From a virus, in the IMG/VR virus record IMGVR_UViG_3300027859_000006, positions 44,152 through 108,151 of that record: a DNA stretch of 64,000 nt; one strand, 5' to 3'. This document shows, piece by piece, positions 9,749 through 18,736 of this stretch; the stretch's first letter is position 1, and the number at the start of each line of letters is the position of its first letter. The notes below the pieces were generated by a model. It was not told the DNA's origin, did no database searches, and saw only the letters and a program-made list of their open reading frames with translations. The position numbers were made by a program, and so were the translations under genes.

Positions 9749-11410
9749 TTATGCAACAACTTTTTGCGGGTTCAAGGTGATTAATTGTACCTGTCCGTTG
9801 CTGTATTCCATCATGTGACCGTGATCCCACGATGACGCGCCCCCACGGTTATAGCCTTGATTTAGTCGAGCGGTAACGCCTGTAGTAAACACTGAGCCTA
9901 TTATGCATGGGCTGTGGGTGTGTCCTGTTATTAGGTTTAAATTCCAGTCTTTGAACTGATTTGGGTTTCCTGCGCTCCCGTTTGCGCCCTTGTGCCCATG
10001 CTGCGAATAATCGAATTTAAGCGGCTTAAAAGGCTTATCCATTCGACCAAAATGCACATTATTGGGTAACTCTGGCAATGTGGTTAGATCGGCATTTTCT
10101 AAGGCGATCTGTAACGCGTTTTTCTCATGTTCACCTTGGTCTAAGGTATCGCACACTAACCAATTTAACAGATAGTATAATTTGCTGTTATGGCTGTCCT
10201 GCTTGGGATTAACGCTACTATCATCCAGCCAATTGTCGAGCGCTGAGTTGTGATTGCTCTCGGTGATCGATACGGTATCAACTATGGTAGATAATTCGGT
10301 TAACTGTACGATTACCTGTTTAAGGTCGTTCTCAACGCTTTCATGTCGATTTGCGTACAAGTGCTTCCCACTGTTACGGTTATGGTGAGACCTTGTGCTA
10401 AAGTGTAAAATATCGTCAACTGCGATCACACTTGGTTTAACTTTGTCAAGAAAGTCCATTGTCTTTTGCCAATATGCATGATCGTAAACTTCACAATGTA
10501 GATCACCAAGTTTTCCGGCTTCTGGTAATTTACCGTAATAATATTCGAGTTCAGGTAACACCACATTCAATGATCCGTCATCGCCTTGAAAAACGTTGGT
10601 AACGTTATAACCACCGTCACACTTGTAAACGATCATGGCTGCCTGTTTATGGTCTTTTTCCGCTTCTGCTCCTGCGCGACTTCTGGTGTAGTTGTACGCT
10701 GTGCAGCTACCAGTAGTGACAGCCTTTGTAATTGATTGATCGTTAAGTCGTGGTAGCGTTTTGTACTGCTGCTTGGGGCTTGCTACTACCGTGATTAGTT
10801 CACCACTATTCAGCTTGGCCGCTGCATTAATAGGCAATTTGTTAGTTGGTAAAACTGCTGCGGTGCTAGCGATCAAACAGGCGTTTTTCTCGAATAGCCA
10901 ACAATCGTCAAGCTGTAAAAACGGCGTGACCTTAGGGTTAAATACTTCGGCTTCGGTCTCTACCGCTGGACTAAAGGCGTTTTTGTTATAGTAAACGGGC
11001 ATTACCATTAAACGCGCATCTAGTAGGCTTGCTCTCATATCATCGATCATAGCAAGAAGTTGATCCTCAAAGCCTGTGGTAATAGTGTTATTTTGTGCGC
11101 TTGTAATTACGAAAACATCACCGTCTAGAACTGGCAATAAATCGCGCTGTGATTGAGTGTAACCAACTTGTGTATCTGCCGCTGGTTTAGTCGCTGCACT
11201 TGGCTTTTTCGCTTTCTCAGCCTCTCTCAGGCTCTTTAGATGCTCAACAACTAGCGGCATTAAAATAGCTGCATCGCCTTTAAGATCAAGGTTATGGATC
11301 GCATCCTCAACAACTTCCAAGCGTGAATCACGTTTACGCTTACCTAAAAGGTTATTTTCCTCGCACTCTGCGCAAAGTAGATCAAAGTTTTTATCGTTTA
11401 AATGTTTCAT
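9749..11410 (-). CDS. A1: A1 pre-early protein (host DNA degradation / second-step transfer)
   Basis: 553 aa; ITSAQNNT, GDLH, ESNH, HGHKG.NG, GHTHSP, GYN.G.SSW. Confidence 0.92.
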   Translation of the reverse strand: MKHLNDKNFDLLCAECEENNLLGKRKRDSRLEVVEDAIHNLDLKGDAAILMPLVVEHLKSLREAEKAKKPSAATKPAADTQVGYTQSQRDLLPVLDGDVFVITSAQNNTITTGFEDQLLAMIDDMRASLLDARLMVMPVYYNKNAFSPAVETEAEVFNPKVTPFLQLDDCWLFEKNACLIASTAAVLPTNKLPINAAAKLNSGELITVVASPKQQYKTLPRLNDQSITKAVTTGSCTAYNYTRSRAGAEAEKDHKQAAMIVYKCDGGYNVTNVFQGDDGSLNVVLPELEYYYGKLPEAGKLGDLHCEVYDHAYWQKTMDFLDKVKPSVIAVDDILHFSTRSHHNRNSGKHLYANRHESVENDLKQVIVQLTELSTIVDTVSITESNHNSALDNWLDDSSVNPKQDSHNSKLYYLLNWLVCDTLDQGEHEKNALQIALENADLTTLPELPNNVHFGRMDKPFKPLKFDYSQHGHKGANGSAGNPNQFKDWNLNLITGHTHSPCIIGSVFTTGVTARLNQGYNRGGASSWDHGHMMEYSNGQVQLITLNPQKVVA

Positions 11411-11475
11411 AAATAACGGTTTCCCTATTAAGGTTTTTTAAGGATCTATGAAGATCCCGTTACGAGTTGATCAAA

Positions 11476-11991
11476 TTAATGACCGTGAAAAGGAACGTGA
11501 ATTGCTTTCATGTTCAGGCGCTGTGCCATTTGGCAGTTTGCTAGATTATCATCGACCAAAAATGATCGCGACAATTCAGCCGATGAAAATGCGCGTGTTA
11601 GGTGGTACTCTTTTAATTCAAAATCTCGTCTACGATCATTTTCGCCCTCTCTGGAAAAGATTGCGGTCGGTTTGATCCCGTTTTTACGCAACCACTTTTC
11701 AGAGTTCTTGCACATAACGCGAGCGGTACAAACAAAAAATGGTCTACCTGCATCAGTTAGGAACTGCGGCACTTCTGCCAGTGGCATGATCTGATCTTTA
11801 GCAATATTTGCAGCCGTTGAAAGTTTACGATACATTTCAAGGTTAAGCGATCCGTCAGGGTGTATCGCTTGGCGGTGTGTAGCATCGATCACTACACCAT
11901 CAAGATCAAAAATAGGTATAATGCTCTGATCCAATAGGATCGCATCAGTCATTTGAAGCGCTGCCGCTCTTGTATTTTGAATTGTTAACAT
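11476..11991 (-). CDS. dmp: Deoxynucleoside 5'-monophosphatase (HAD)
   Basis: FDLDG..HR...G.L.L..YR, CTAR.M, DD; matches T5 Dmp. Confidence 0.85.
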   Translation of the reverse strand: MLTIQNTRAAALQMTDAILLDQSIIPIFDLDGVVIDATHRQAIHPDGSLNLEMYRKLSTAANIAKDQIMPLAEVPQFLTDAGRPFFVCTARVMCKNSEKWLRKNGIKPTAIFSREGENDRRRDFELKEYHLTRAFSSAELSRSFLVDDNLANCQMAQRLNMKAIHVPFHGH

Positions 11992-12164
11992 CTGGTTAAC
12001 TCCCGTTTAAGGTATATAAAAATATACGGTTTTTGTTGGGGCTGCTTGCCTCTCAACTGTTACCCATTATATAGACCAACAAACTTTTGTCTATATTAGT
12101 TTTTATACGTATGTATGAAATTATATACTTTTCATTTGCTCTGTTCTGTGCTACCCTACCAGCA

Positions 12165-12880
12165 AATGCAAATGAGAACTATTCTCATCTGACCGGCTCC
12201 GCCAGGTCGGAACGACCAAACGCAAATGAGAATGATTCGCATTCAACCGCGCCGATTTTGGGTCGCTTTCCCAGCTATGACTTATTATTGCATTTACGTG
12301 TAGCATTGTCTAGAACTAATTTATTATAAGAATGAATTTATTTAGGCGATTTTGTTATATAGTGAATTGTGGCATTCTAGCAATTACTATGCCAACTCAA
12401 AAACCGTGCCAAAGTCGCAAATCGCGTATAAGCGGTCTAAATGGCTCTGTATTGAGAGCTGGATGCAAGCCAAGCAAGTGCATTGCTATACCGTAGAAGT
12501 CTTCTCATATTGCCATTGTGTAAGTTGTTGATTTTAAAGGGAAAAATAATGCTTGACAAGCCGATGGCACGATTTTTTCTATTGCAAACGACGTGCCAAC
12601 TTTTATTGGTCAATTTCACTACTTTTTAGTCAATTTCGCTTATGGCACGGACTTTGCTAGGTAAATACGAATGCAAATGATAATGATTCGCATTTGACCG
12701 CGCCGAAAAATGGCATGGAAGTTGCTAGGGAAGTTATCAACAGGTACGTGTGAGTAAGTGAAGTTATGCACAATACTGTATAAATGTACAAGCGCTCAGC
12801 GGACGCTGGTGGACTTATCCACAGAAAATTGTGGATAAATATACCTGTATAGATATACAGTAGTTTTAAGTTGTGGGTAA
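12165..12880. promoter_or_regulatory. Cluster of host regulator sites: Fur x3, sigma54 x4 (+2 partial), IHF, DnaA x5, LexA x2
   Basis: Fur 12171, 12225, 12676; TGGCA-N6-TTGCW at 12379(-), 12583(-), 12643(+), 12711(+); IHF 12521-12533(-); DnaA 12734, 12764, 12815, 12830, 12872; SOS 12776, 12845. Confidence 0.8.
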
Positions 12881-13120
12881 CTCAAACGTACCATTTAAAG
12901 CTCCTGTAAGCCATTCTGACGGGTTTTTATGTGAGAGTAATACTAGGGCTTAGGTGGGATAGAATACCTAGTGAGTCCAGGCGAAGCCTGGTTATAAAAA
13001 ACGGGTTTTCTAGAGCGAAAAGTTATTATAAAAAGGTACTTTACAATTTTAGCCACCGCTACTATAATGTATTTAAAGGTTGAGGCAATAAGGCAGCAAC
13101 CAAAAACGGGGTATAAAAAT

Positions 13121-13486
13121 ATGAAATATTTCAATTTTGATGTTAATGCATCTATTTCTGTAAAAGTTGAACTAATTCAACTAGTATCTAACTCTGAACT
13201 AGTTGCTCTACGCTTTTCACGTACCGAAGAAATTTTTGGTATTAAAGAACTTGTAAGTGTAAAGCATGTTGCAGTGAGCAATGAAGAGGTGTACAGTACT
13301 AAGCTAGAATCCCTAGCTATTAAGGCATTTGGTACTAATAGTAAAATATACGCTACATTTTTAGTTGCAGGTAAAAACGAAAATGCTAACGAGCACTACT
13401 ATAAACTTATGGAAATTCAAGAACTCCTACACGCATTAAAAACCAGACCTAATTTAAGACTTCGTAATATGGAAGTTACAAAATAA
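13121..13486 (+). CDS. Pre-early hypothetical protein
   Basis: Sigma70 promoter and GGGG RBS upstream of MKYFNF. Confidence 0.7.
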   Translation: MKYFNFDVNASISVKVELIQLVSNSELVALRFSRTEEIFGIKELVSVKHVAVSNEEVYSTKLESLAIKAFGTNSKIYATFLVAGKNENANEHYYKLMEIQELLHALKTRPNLRLRNMEVTK

Positions 13487-13558
13487 TATAAAAAAAAAGG
13501 TCTTGACTTTCTAGTTAAGACCTGCGCCGCGCGCCGTAGGCGCCAAAATTATGACACA

Positions 13559-13606
13559 TGCAAGCTACGTGCCACTACGCAAGATTACGTGTGTGGTCTG
13601 ACCAGT
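13559..13606. promoter_or_regulatory. sigma54 site (13559-13574, -) and FadR/GntR-type palindrome TGGTCTGACCA
   Basis: TGGCACGTAGCTTGCA; TGGTCTGACCA at 13594-13604. Confidence 0.65.
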
Positions 13607-13675
13607 GAAAAAGTTGTTGCGGTCTTAGCTGGTAGCTGTATAATGATTACATCAACTAGAGACAGGGAGACAGGG

Positions 13676-13816
13676 ATGAATGCATCTCATGTTATAGGCT
13701 TGCTATTTTTAGGCCTAGCCATTGCTACACTTTTTTCTAGAGAGCCACTAGCGGCTATACCAGTGGCTACTATAGGTGTGTTGCTAATGTTTGGCAACAC
13801 TGAGAAACCAGTTTAA
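13676..13816 (+). CDS. Small membrane protein
   Basis: Two hydrophobic segments; promoter and RBS upstream. Confidence 0.6.
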   Translation: MNASHVIGLLFLGLAIATLFSREPLAAIPVATIGVLLMFGNTEKPV

Positions 13817-13840
13817 CCCCGTAGGCGATAACCGCCATTT

Positions 13841-13870
13841 TGCCCCGTCTATCTGGGCGGGGCATTTTTT
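13841..13870 (+). terminator. Rho-independent terminator
   Basis: TGCCCCGTC..GGCGGGGCA followed by T-run. Confidence 0.8.
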
Positions 13871-13882
13871 AAGGGTAGTATA

Positions 13883-14074
13883 ATGGATAAAAAATTCGGC
13901 TGGTGTGGTGCTGGCTTAATGGTAATTTTTAGCTTTACCTTGTTGCCGATTTTCGGTATACTAGGTCTGACGTTGCTTACAGTGCAAGCGGTTAGCACTA
14001 AGCAACATAACTTGACAGCTCTAAACACATTTAGTATACTAGGGCTGATTTTAAACTCTACGGGAGTAATTTAA
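13883..14074 (+). CDS. Small membrane protein
   Basis: Hydrophobic 63 aa ORF with RBS. Confidence 0.65.
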   Translation: MDKKFGWCGAGLMVIFSFTLLPIFGILGLTLLTVQAVSTKQHNLTALNTFSILGLILNSTGVI

Positions 14075-14075
14075 T

Positions 14076-14474
14076 ATGTTTAAGCAATTCGCAGCAACAC
14101 GTATTCTAGCTACAGCTATCGCTTCGGTTTTGGATTCTGGAAAGGATCTAAGTTGTGAAAATGTTGTTTCAGCTATGATGATCGAGGCAAGCAAAAACGA
14201 AATCCCTTACGCGGATTTAAAAACCTTTTGTGTTGACACGATTGTAGTGGCAACGAATACACCTACTACTCCAATCGTTGCAAACCTAGAGGAAATTGCA
14301 CAAGCGGATGATCCTCTGATGCATTTAGCCAGTCGTATATTGAGCGATGAAAACATGGGAGCGCTACAGAAAAACCTAGAGGCTGAGCCTGATGAAGATG
14401 AGGAAGAAGGTTCACTACTTGATGTGATTCGTAGCTTGCGTGGCAATGTGCGCACGGAAAAGGATGTAAACTAG
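14076..14474 (+). CDS. Pre-early hypothetical protein
   Basis: Operon-packed ORF. Confidence 0.7.
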   Translation: MFKQFAATRILATAIASVLDSGKDLSCENVVSAMMIEASKNEIPYADLKTFCVDTIVVATNTPTTPIVANLEEIAQADDPLMHLASRILSDENMGALQKNLEAEPDEDEEEGSLLDVIRSLRGNVRTEKDVN

Positions 14475-14485
14475 TAGAGGCAGCT

Positions 14486-14734
14486 ATGGCGAACACTGGC
14501 ATTGAAAAGGGGTGTTCGCCTACACCCCTGAGAACAGTAAGCACAATTCGCAGAGAGATTCAAGCCCTAGAGCAAGAATATCTCAATTTACCTAGTATAA
14601 TGGTAGCTAGTATAGTAGGGTACGATTATATAGATCGTATTAATGCGAAAAAATCAACTATTAATTTTCTCACTACCAGAATAAGACGCCGCAAGTTTTA
14701 CAACTGGCTGAGAAAGAAAACAGGGTGCAAATGA
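14486..14734 (+). CDS. Pre-early hypothetical protein
   Basis: GAGG RBS; operon-packed. Confidence 0.65.
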   Translation: MANTGIEKGCSPTPLRTVSTIRREIQALEQEYLNLPSIMVASIVGYDYIDRINAKKSTINFLTTRIRRRKFYNWLRKKTGCK

Positions 14735-14991
14735 TGAAACTAGAAGACAAACTAGAAGTGGTTAAAAAGTTAACTGACCTATTTAAACGTAACTACGGTA
14801 CACAACAAAGTGTGGAGATACTCCAAGCGTTATTCGATGCAGAGGGTAGTGCGGAGGAGGATTTCGCGGTTGATGAACTACAACCCATTTTAGGGCTACA
14901 CTTGAGCTATGTTTCTGAAAGCGATGAGACAGAGCAGAGCGACATTGATACTACCAGTTTATTATGTGAACTTTTTGCATACTGCACTTAG
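14731..14991 (+). CDS. Acidic pre-early hypothetical protein
   Basis: ATGA overlap with previous gene. Confidence 0.65.
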   Translation: MMKLEDKLEVVKKLTDLFKRNYGTQQSVEILQALFDAEGSAEEDFAVDELQPILGLHLSYVSESDETEQSDIDTTSLLCELFAYCT

Positions 14992-15093
14992 TAAAATTAA
15001 TTTCAAAAAAGCGCTTGCTTTTTTGTGTGCCCGTTGTATACTATAAACAAGTCGAGGCAATACCGCCAAGACACTAATAACGGGGTAAAAAAT

Positions 15094-15546
15094 ATGAAAA
15101 CTTCTTCTTTTGTGGCTGGTACTGTAGATTGCGTTTATCCTAGACCTGTAGAGGGTGACGACTTGGCAAAGGTGGCCGCTGCTCTAGACAGCATGGAGGA
15201 ACTTTATACAGTTGAGCTATCGCTGGATAACTCTTTTGATAGTGAGGGAGAGTACCTAGTGCCTCTATTGGCAGGGTTTGACCTGAATAATGACTACCGT
15301 GCAGAGGGCAGACTAAACAAGTCTTTCCGTGATTATAAAGACCGTAGCAAGGGCTTTGCGTTCGTAGGCAAAATGGAGGTGCAGCCTCGCTACCTACCAC
15401 AAGCAGAATTTTGGTTCAATACTACTAGAGAACCTAGCACATGGGGGGAGGCTTTGCAAGCTACCGTAGAGCGGATCAAAGAACACGACGGAAGAGGCAC
15501 TTTAGTAGTAAAAGCCCGTCGCGAAATTTTTAAAATAGCTATCTAA
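15094..15546 (+). CDS. Pre-early hypothetical protein
   Basis: TTGCTT..TATACT promoter and GGGG RBS before MKTSSF; hairpin after. Confidence 0.7.
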   Translation: MKTSSFVAGTVDCVYPRPVEGDDLAKVAAALDSMEELYTVELSLDNSFDSEGEYLVPLLAGFDLNNDYRAEGRLNKSFRDYKDRSKGFAFVGKMEVQPRYLPQAEFWFNTTREPSTWGEALQATVERIKEHDGRGTLVVKARREIFKIAI

Positions 15547-15647
15547 TCAATAATAGGGGCGCAAGCCCCCCAATACTTACAACTGGAGAAAATGAAGATG
15601 AAATTTAAAAAAGCTATGAAAATTGTAAAAAAGCTTGACAGCTAAGC

Positions 15648-15830
15648 ATGAAAGCAAAAATAACTATGCTAGAGGAATTAACAGGCATAGAGGATGGTGA
15701 AACTCTGACCAAAGAAATACTAGCGCAGGGTGTAACTCTTGAAAACGTCGCCTTAGCTAATTCAGCCGCCAACAAACATACGTTTACTTGGACAAAAGAC
15801 GACGTAGAAAGGATGCGACCTTATATGTAA
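15648..15830 (+). CDS. Hypothetical protein
   Basis: ORF track; same-strand context. Confidence 0.5.
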   Translation: MKAKITMLEELTGIEDGETLTKEILAQGVTLENVALANSAANKHTFTWTKDDVERMRPYM

Positions 15831-15846
15831 ACTAAAGTGAATAAAA

Positions 15847-16088
15847 AGTGCATATTTATGCACTTTTTTGCATAACCGCGCCGCTCCGGCACACGGATTC
15901 CCACCTATACAGTATAACAGGTCTACACGTCAACGCAAGCACTTTTTAACTGGTCAGACCACGTAATCTAAATGAGAATGATTCGCATTCAACCGCGCCG
16001 ATTTTACCATACCCTGACACAAAAAACAAGTCTACATGCAAATGATTCGTATTTAACTTTTTGAATCTAAATGCAAATGATTCGCATT
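15847..16088. promoter_or_regulatory. Second host-site cluster: ArgR box, FadR-like box, Fur x3
   Basis: AGTGCATATTTATGCACT 15847; AACTGGTCAGACCA 15948; Fur-like 15971, 16035, 16070. Confidence 0.7.
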
Positions 16089-16167
16089 CGCAAAGTAACC
16101 TTATTTTTCGACAAATAAATTTACCGAAAAATCGGGGGTTTACCCCTGTCCGGGAGCGCAGCGACCT

Positions 16168-16382
16168 GCGCCAGAGTACGATTTCGACTAGTACTAAACC
16201 GACCGCTGCCCCTACGTGTGAGCTACCCTGAGTACTAATCCGACTACCATGGCGGCTTGTCCCAATCTTCAGCAGACACTACAGCTTCTGACGGGCGTGC
16301 TGTGCTGGTGGAAGTAGACGGGCGCGAAGTGCCCGTCGCCAGAGTACGATTCTGACCTAGTACTAGACCGACCGCCTCTGCC
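16168..16382. repeat. Imperfect ~45-bp direct repeat CGCCAGAGTACGATT..CTAGTACTA.ACCGACCGC
   Basis: Copies near 16169 and 16337; partial near 16229. Confidence 0.75.
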
Positions 16383-16477
16383 AAGAGCAGGAGTTCGTCT
16401 TTTTTAGCAGCACTGAGGCTAGGGGCGGCAATGTTTAAGTGAGTACAAATCTGATTGGCTATATCTGTCTTAGTCAT
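16244..16477 (-). CDS. Truncated A2-like protein (C-terminal helical module)
   Basis: TKTDIANQI..SL.AAKKDEL..LAEAV aligns with the A2 C-terminus. Confidence 0.5.
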   Translation of the reverse strand: MTKTDIANQICTHLNIAAPSLSAAKKDELLLLAEAVGLVLGQNRTLATGTSRPSTSTSTARPSEAVVSAEDWDKPPW

Positions 16478-16509
16478 GCTTATTCCGGTTAATTCAACTT
16501 ATACGCATA

Positions 16510-17178
16510 TTATATAAGGTTTATAGCGGAAAAGCAAGGGATTTCTTGGCTTATTTTGGGCTTTTCAGGGAATCTTATATCAGGCTTAAATGCGTACCAT
16601 TTACCATCTAGAGTATAAGAATTATGATACTTTGCGCAATATATAGTGTCAAAGTTATATATACCCTCATCTTCTACATACTCCCAGAACTCAGCTAAAG
16701 ACCATCCGGCCGGTTTGACCTCCGAAGGAGGGAGGTAGCCGAGAACCCTGTAGGCGTTGTTGTCTATTAAAAATTGTTCAGTCTTGTCACCCACCAGCGC
16801 CTCTATTTCAGAGTACAAATCCGGTGACAGTTTATTTTTAGTCAGTACCTCTGTAGCAGCAAGTCTCTTTAAAGCGGCTACCCCTGTTTTTCTAACTAGA
16901 GGTAGGATCTCGGAACAGACGTAAAGCTGCCATTCTCTTGCTGTTGGCATATCAGATCGCATTAAAAAGAAGTAAAGAACCTGCTCAGCATACAATTTAC
17001 GTCCGTCGGAGCACGGTGCACTCTCGATACGTAAATCAGCATTACGCTTAAGAAAATCTCGTATTGCTCGCTTAGGCTCTGAGTAACCTAGCTTCTCTGC
17101 AAATTCTTCAAGGTCAAAATAAAATTCGTTGTTTATCTCGTAGAGTGAGACACCCTTTTCTAAGTTTAGTATATTCAT
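16510..17178 (-). CDS. Bro-N domain DNA-binding protein
   Basis: F....A..LGY..P..AI; Y.FLMRS..P.A..WQ.YV..EILP..RKTG. Confidence 0.8.
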   Translation of the reverse strand: MNILNLEKGVSLYEINNEFYFDLEEFAEKLGYSEPKRAIRDFLKRNADLRIESAPCSDGRKLYAEQVLYFFLMRSDMPTAREWQLYVCSEILPLVRKTGVAALKRLAATEVLTKNKLSPDLYSEIEALVGDKTEQFLIDNNAYRVLGYLPPSEVKPAGWSLAEFWEYVEDEGIYNFDTIYCAKYHNSYTLDGKWYAFKPDIRFPEKPKISQEIPCFSAINLI

Positions 17179-17230
17179 AGGTTTCAGTATATCAAAAATA
17201 GTCTAGGAGGGCAAATGATTTAACAAAACA

Positions 17231-17291
17231 CTTGATTCGAGACGTTTTTTAACGTATAATACTTGTATTGAATGAATGAGGAAGAACGAAT
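17231..17291 (+). promoter_or_regulatory. Early promoter-leader cassette
   Basis: TTGATT-17-TATAAT followed by ACTTGTATTGAAT..ATGAGGA. Confidence 0.8.
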
Positions 17292-17603
17292 ATGTGGAAC
17301 GAACAAAAATCTGCTCAACTAGTTAAGACTTACAAAACTAACGGCTACGATGCTGCGCAAGCGGCGAAGGCGCTTGGAGTATCGGAACGCTCTGCTATCT
17401 CTAAGCTGGTGGCTCTAGGAGAGTATGTTAAGCCTGTTAAGGTACAAGCTTCCACGGGGCGCATTAATAAAACTCAGTACATTTCTGCGGTCGAGGCAAT
17501 GCTAGGAGTCAAGTCTGGTAAACTAGCGGGTCTCTCTGGGGCTAGTGCTAATGCGATAGAAGAATTAGCGGCTGCTCTTGTAAAACTAGGAGACCGTGCA
17601 TAA
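17292..17603 (+). CDS. A2/D3-family paralogue
   Basis: MWNE..SERSAISKLV.LGEY versus A2 HSARQKLVSMGEY. Confidence 0.7.
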   Translation: MWNEQKSAQLVKTYKTNGYDAAQAAKALGVSERSAISKLVALGEYVKPVKVQASTGRINKTQYISAVEAMLGVKSGKLAGLSGASANAIEELAAALVKLGDRA

Positions 17604-17851
17604 TGGATGTTATTGTTGGAATTTGGACTGTATTAACCCTTCTAGGGTATCTAGCCTACTTCGCAGGCGACAGAGCGACTGTAGTAATGTATGACCTAGA
17701 GGTGTATCAGGGTAGAGTATTCAATTGGGCGGATGCAGTTAGTATTATCCTAGGGGTGGTATCGGGGCACTATTGGCTGTCTTTGCTAGTGCCGCTCAGC
17801 TCGATTCTCATGTATAAGCGCACTCGCAAAAAGTTGGGACGTCCCAGCTAG
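17603..17851 (+). CDS. Membrane protein
   Basis: Hydrophobic segments; coupled start. Confidence 0.6.
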   Translation: MDVIVGIWTVLTLLGYLAYFAGDRATVVMYDLEVYQGRVFNWADAVSIILGVVSGHYWLSLLVPLSSILMYKRTRKKLGRPS

Positions 17852-17944
17852 CGCCGCTCCGCGGCGAGCCCTTTCCCATCTATAACATGTATTATACGCG
17901 GAATTGAGCCCGTTTGCAAGTGATTTTTAGTAAGAAACTGGTGA

Positions 17945-18410
17945 GGCTAGGGTGGGTTTTGGGAAAGACTCGGGGAATTTTAGTCGCGCCTAACGGTCGT
18001 TTACGACCTGCGCCTCCGAAAAAGCTAAAAAATTGCTTGCGAGGCTACAAACCCAAATTTCGCCACTTCGCGGCGGATTAGGGTAAAATGTTGCAAACCC
18101 AATCTTGGCCGTAAACGGCCGGGTTATGGGTAGAAGTGTAATAGACCTAGGGGAAGGTTGGGAGGGATTTGGGATACAAGTGTAATCCGCATCGAGGAAA
18201 GAATTTGGGTAAGTGTTGCTAAGGTTCTCGCCGGAACAATGCCGAAGGCATAGAGTGGGCGAGGATATAGCAGAAGTGTAATAGAAGTATAGTAGAGTCT
18301 AGGGAGAAGTCTAGGCTAGAGTTGGAAAGGCAGCGGGCGGGGCGAGTCCAGGGCCGTATGTTGGGAAGGGTCGGGGAAGGTTGGGATGGATTTGGGATTA
18401 AGTGGGGAAA
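17945..18410 (+). repeat. G-skewed repeat region (G-quadruplex motifs, repeated GGGGAAGGTTGGGA.GGATTTGGGAT); likely injection-stop / terminal-repeat end
   Basis: Copies at 18150 and 18373; AGAAGTGTAATAG twice; strong purine skew. Confidence 0.65.
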
Positions 18411-18736
18411 CATTCCTCTGATATAGCTATAAGTATAACTATAAATAACTATCCCTCCTAGTTTTTTGATACTCAAAATTTTAAAATTGGTACTTTTTCG
18501 ATAGATACAATTATGGCAATAAAATCTTTTTGTTGTGTTCGCTTAAAGCGTCTATTTCTTAGTATTGGTTAGGCTTGTCAAAGTTTTTTGGGGTGTGCTT
18601 TAAACAGAGTCGCACCCCACTTTGAGCCAAACCGACTAAGAAGTCGCTAAAGCTCACATCAATAGAGAGTCATATAACTCTCTAGAAGATGTTAATATTG
18701 TAGCAGATTTTTTTCTCCATGTAAAGTATTTTTCTT

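Noticed and set aside
12087-12329. 80-aa ORF with repeated NANEN motif
   Set aside because: The repeat is just the translation of tandem Fur boxes; there is no RBS.
12730-12885. Bacterial oriC or host chromosome fragment
   Set aside because: Flanked by T5-type pre-early genes, with no GATC-rich 13-mers or host genes. A phage origin role is not excluded.
18219-18476. 85-aa Pro/Ser-rich ORF
   Set aside because: Arises from the G-rich repeat tract.
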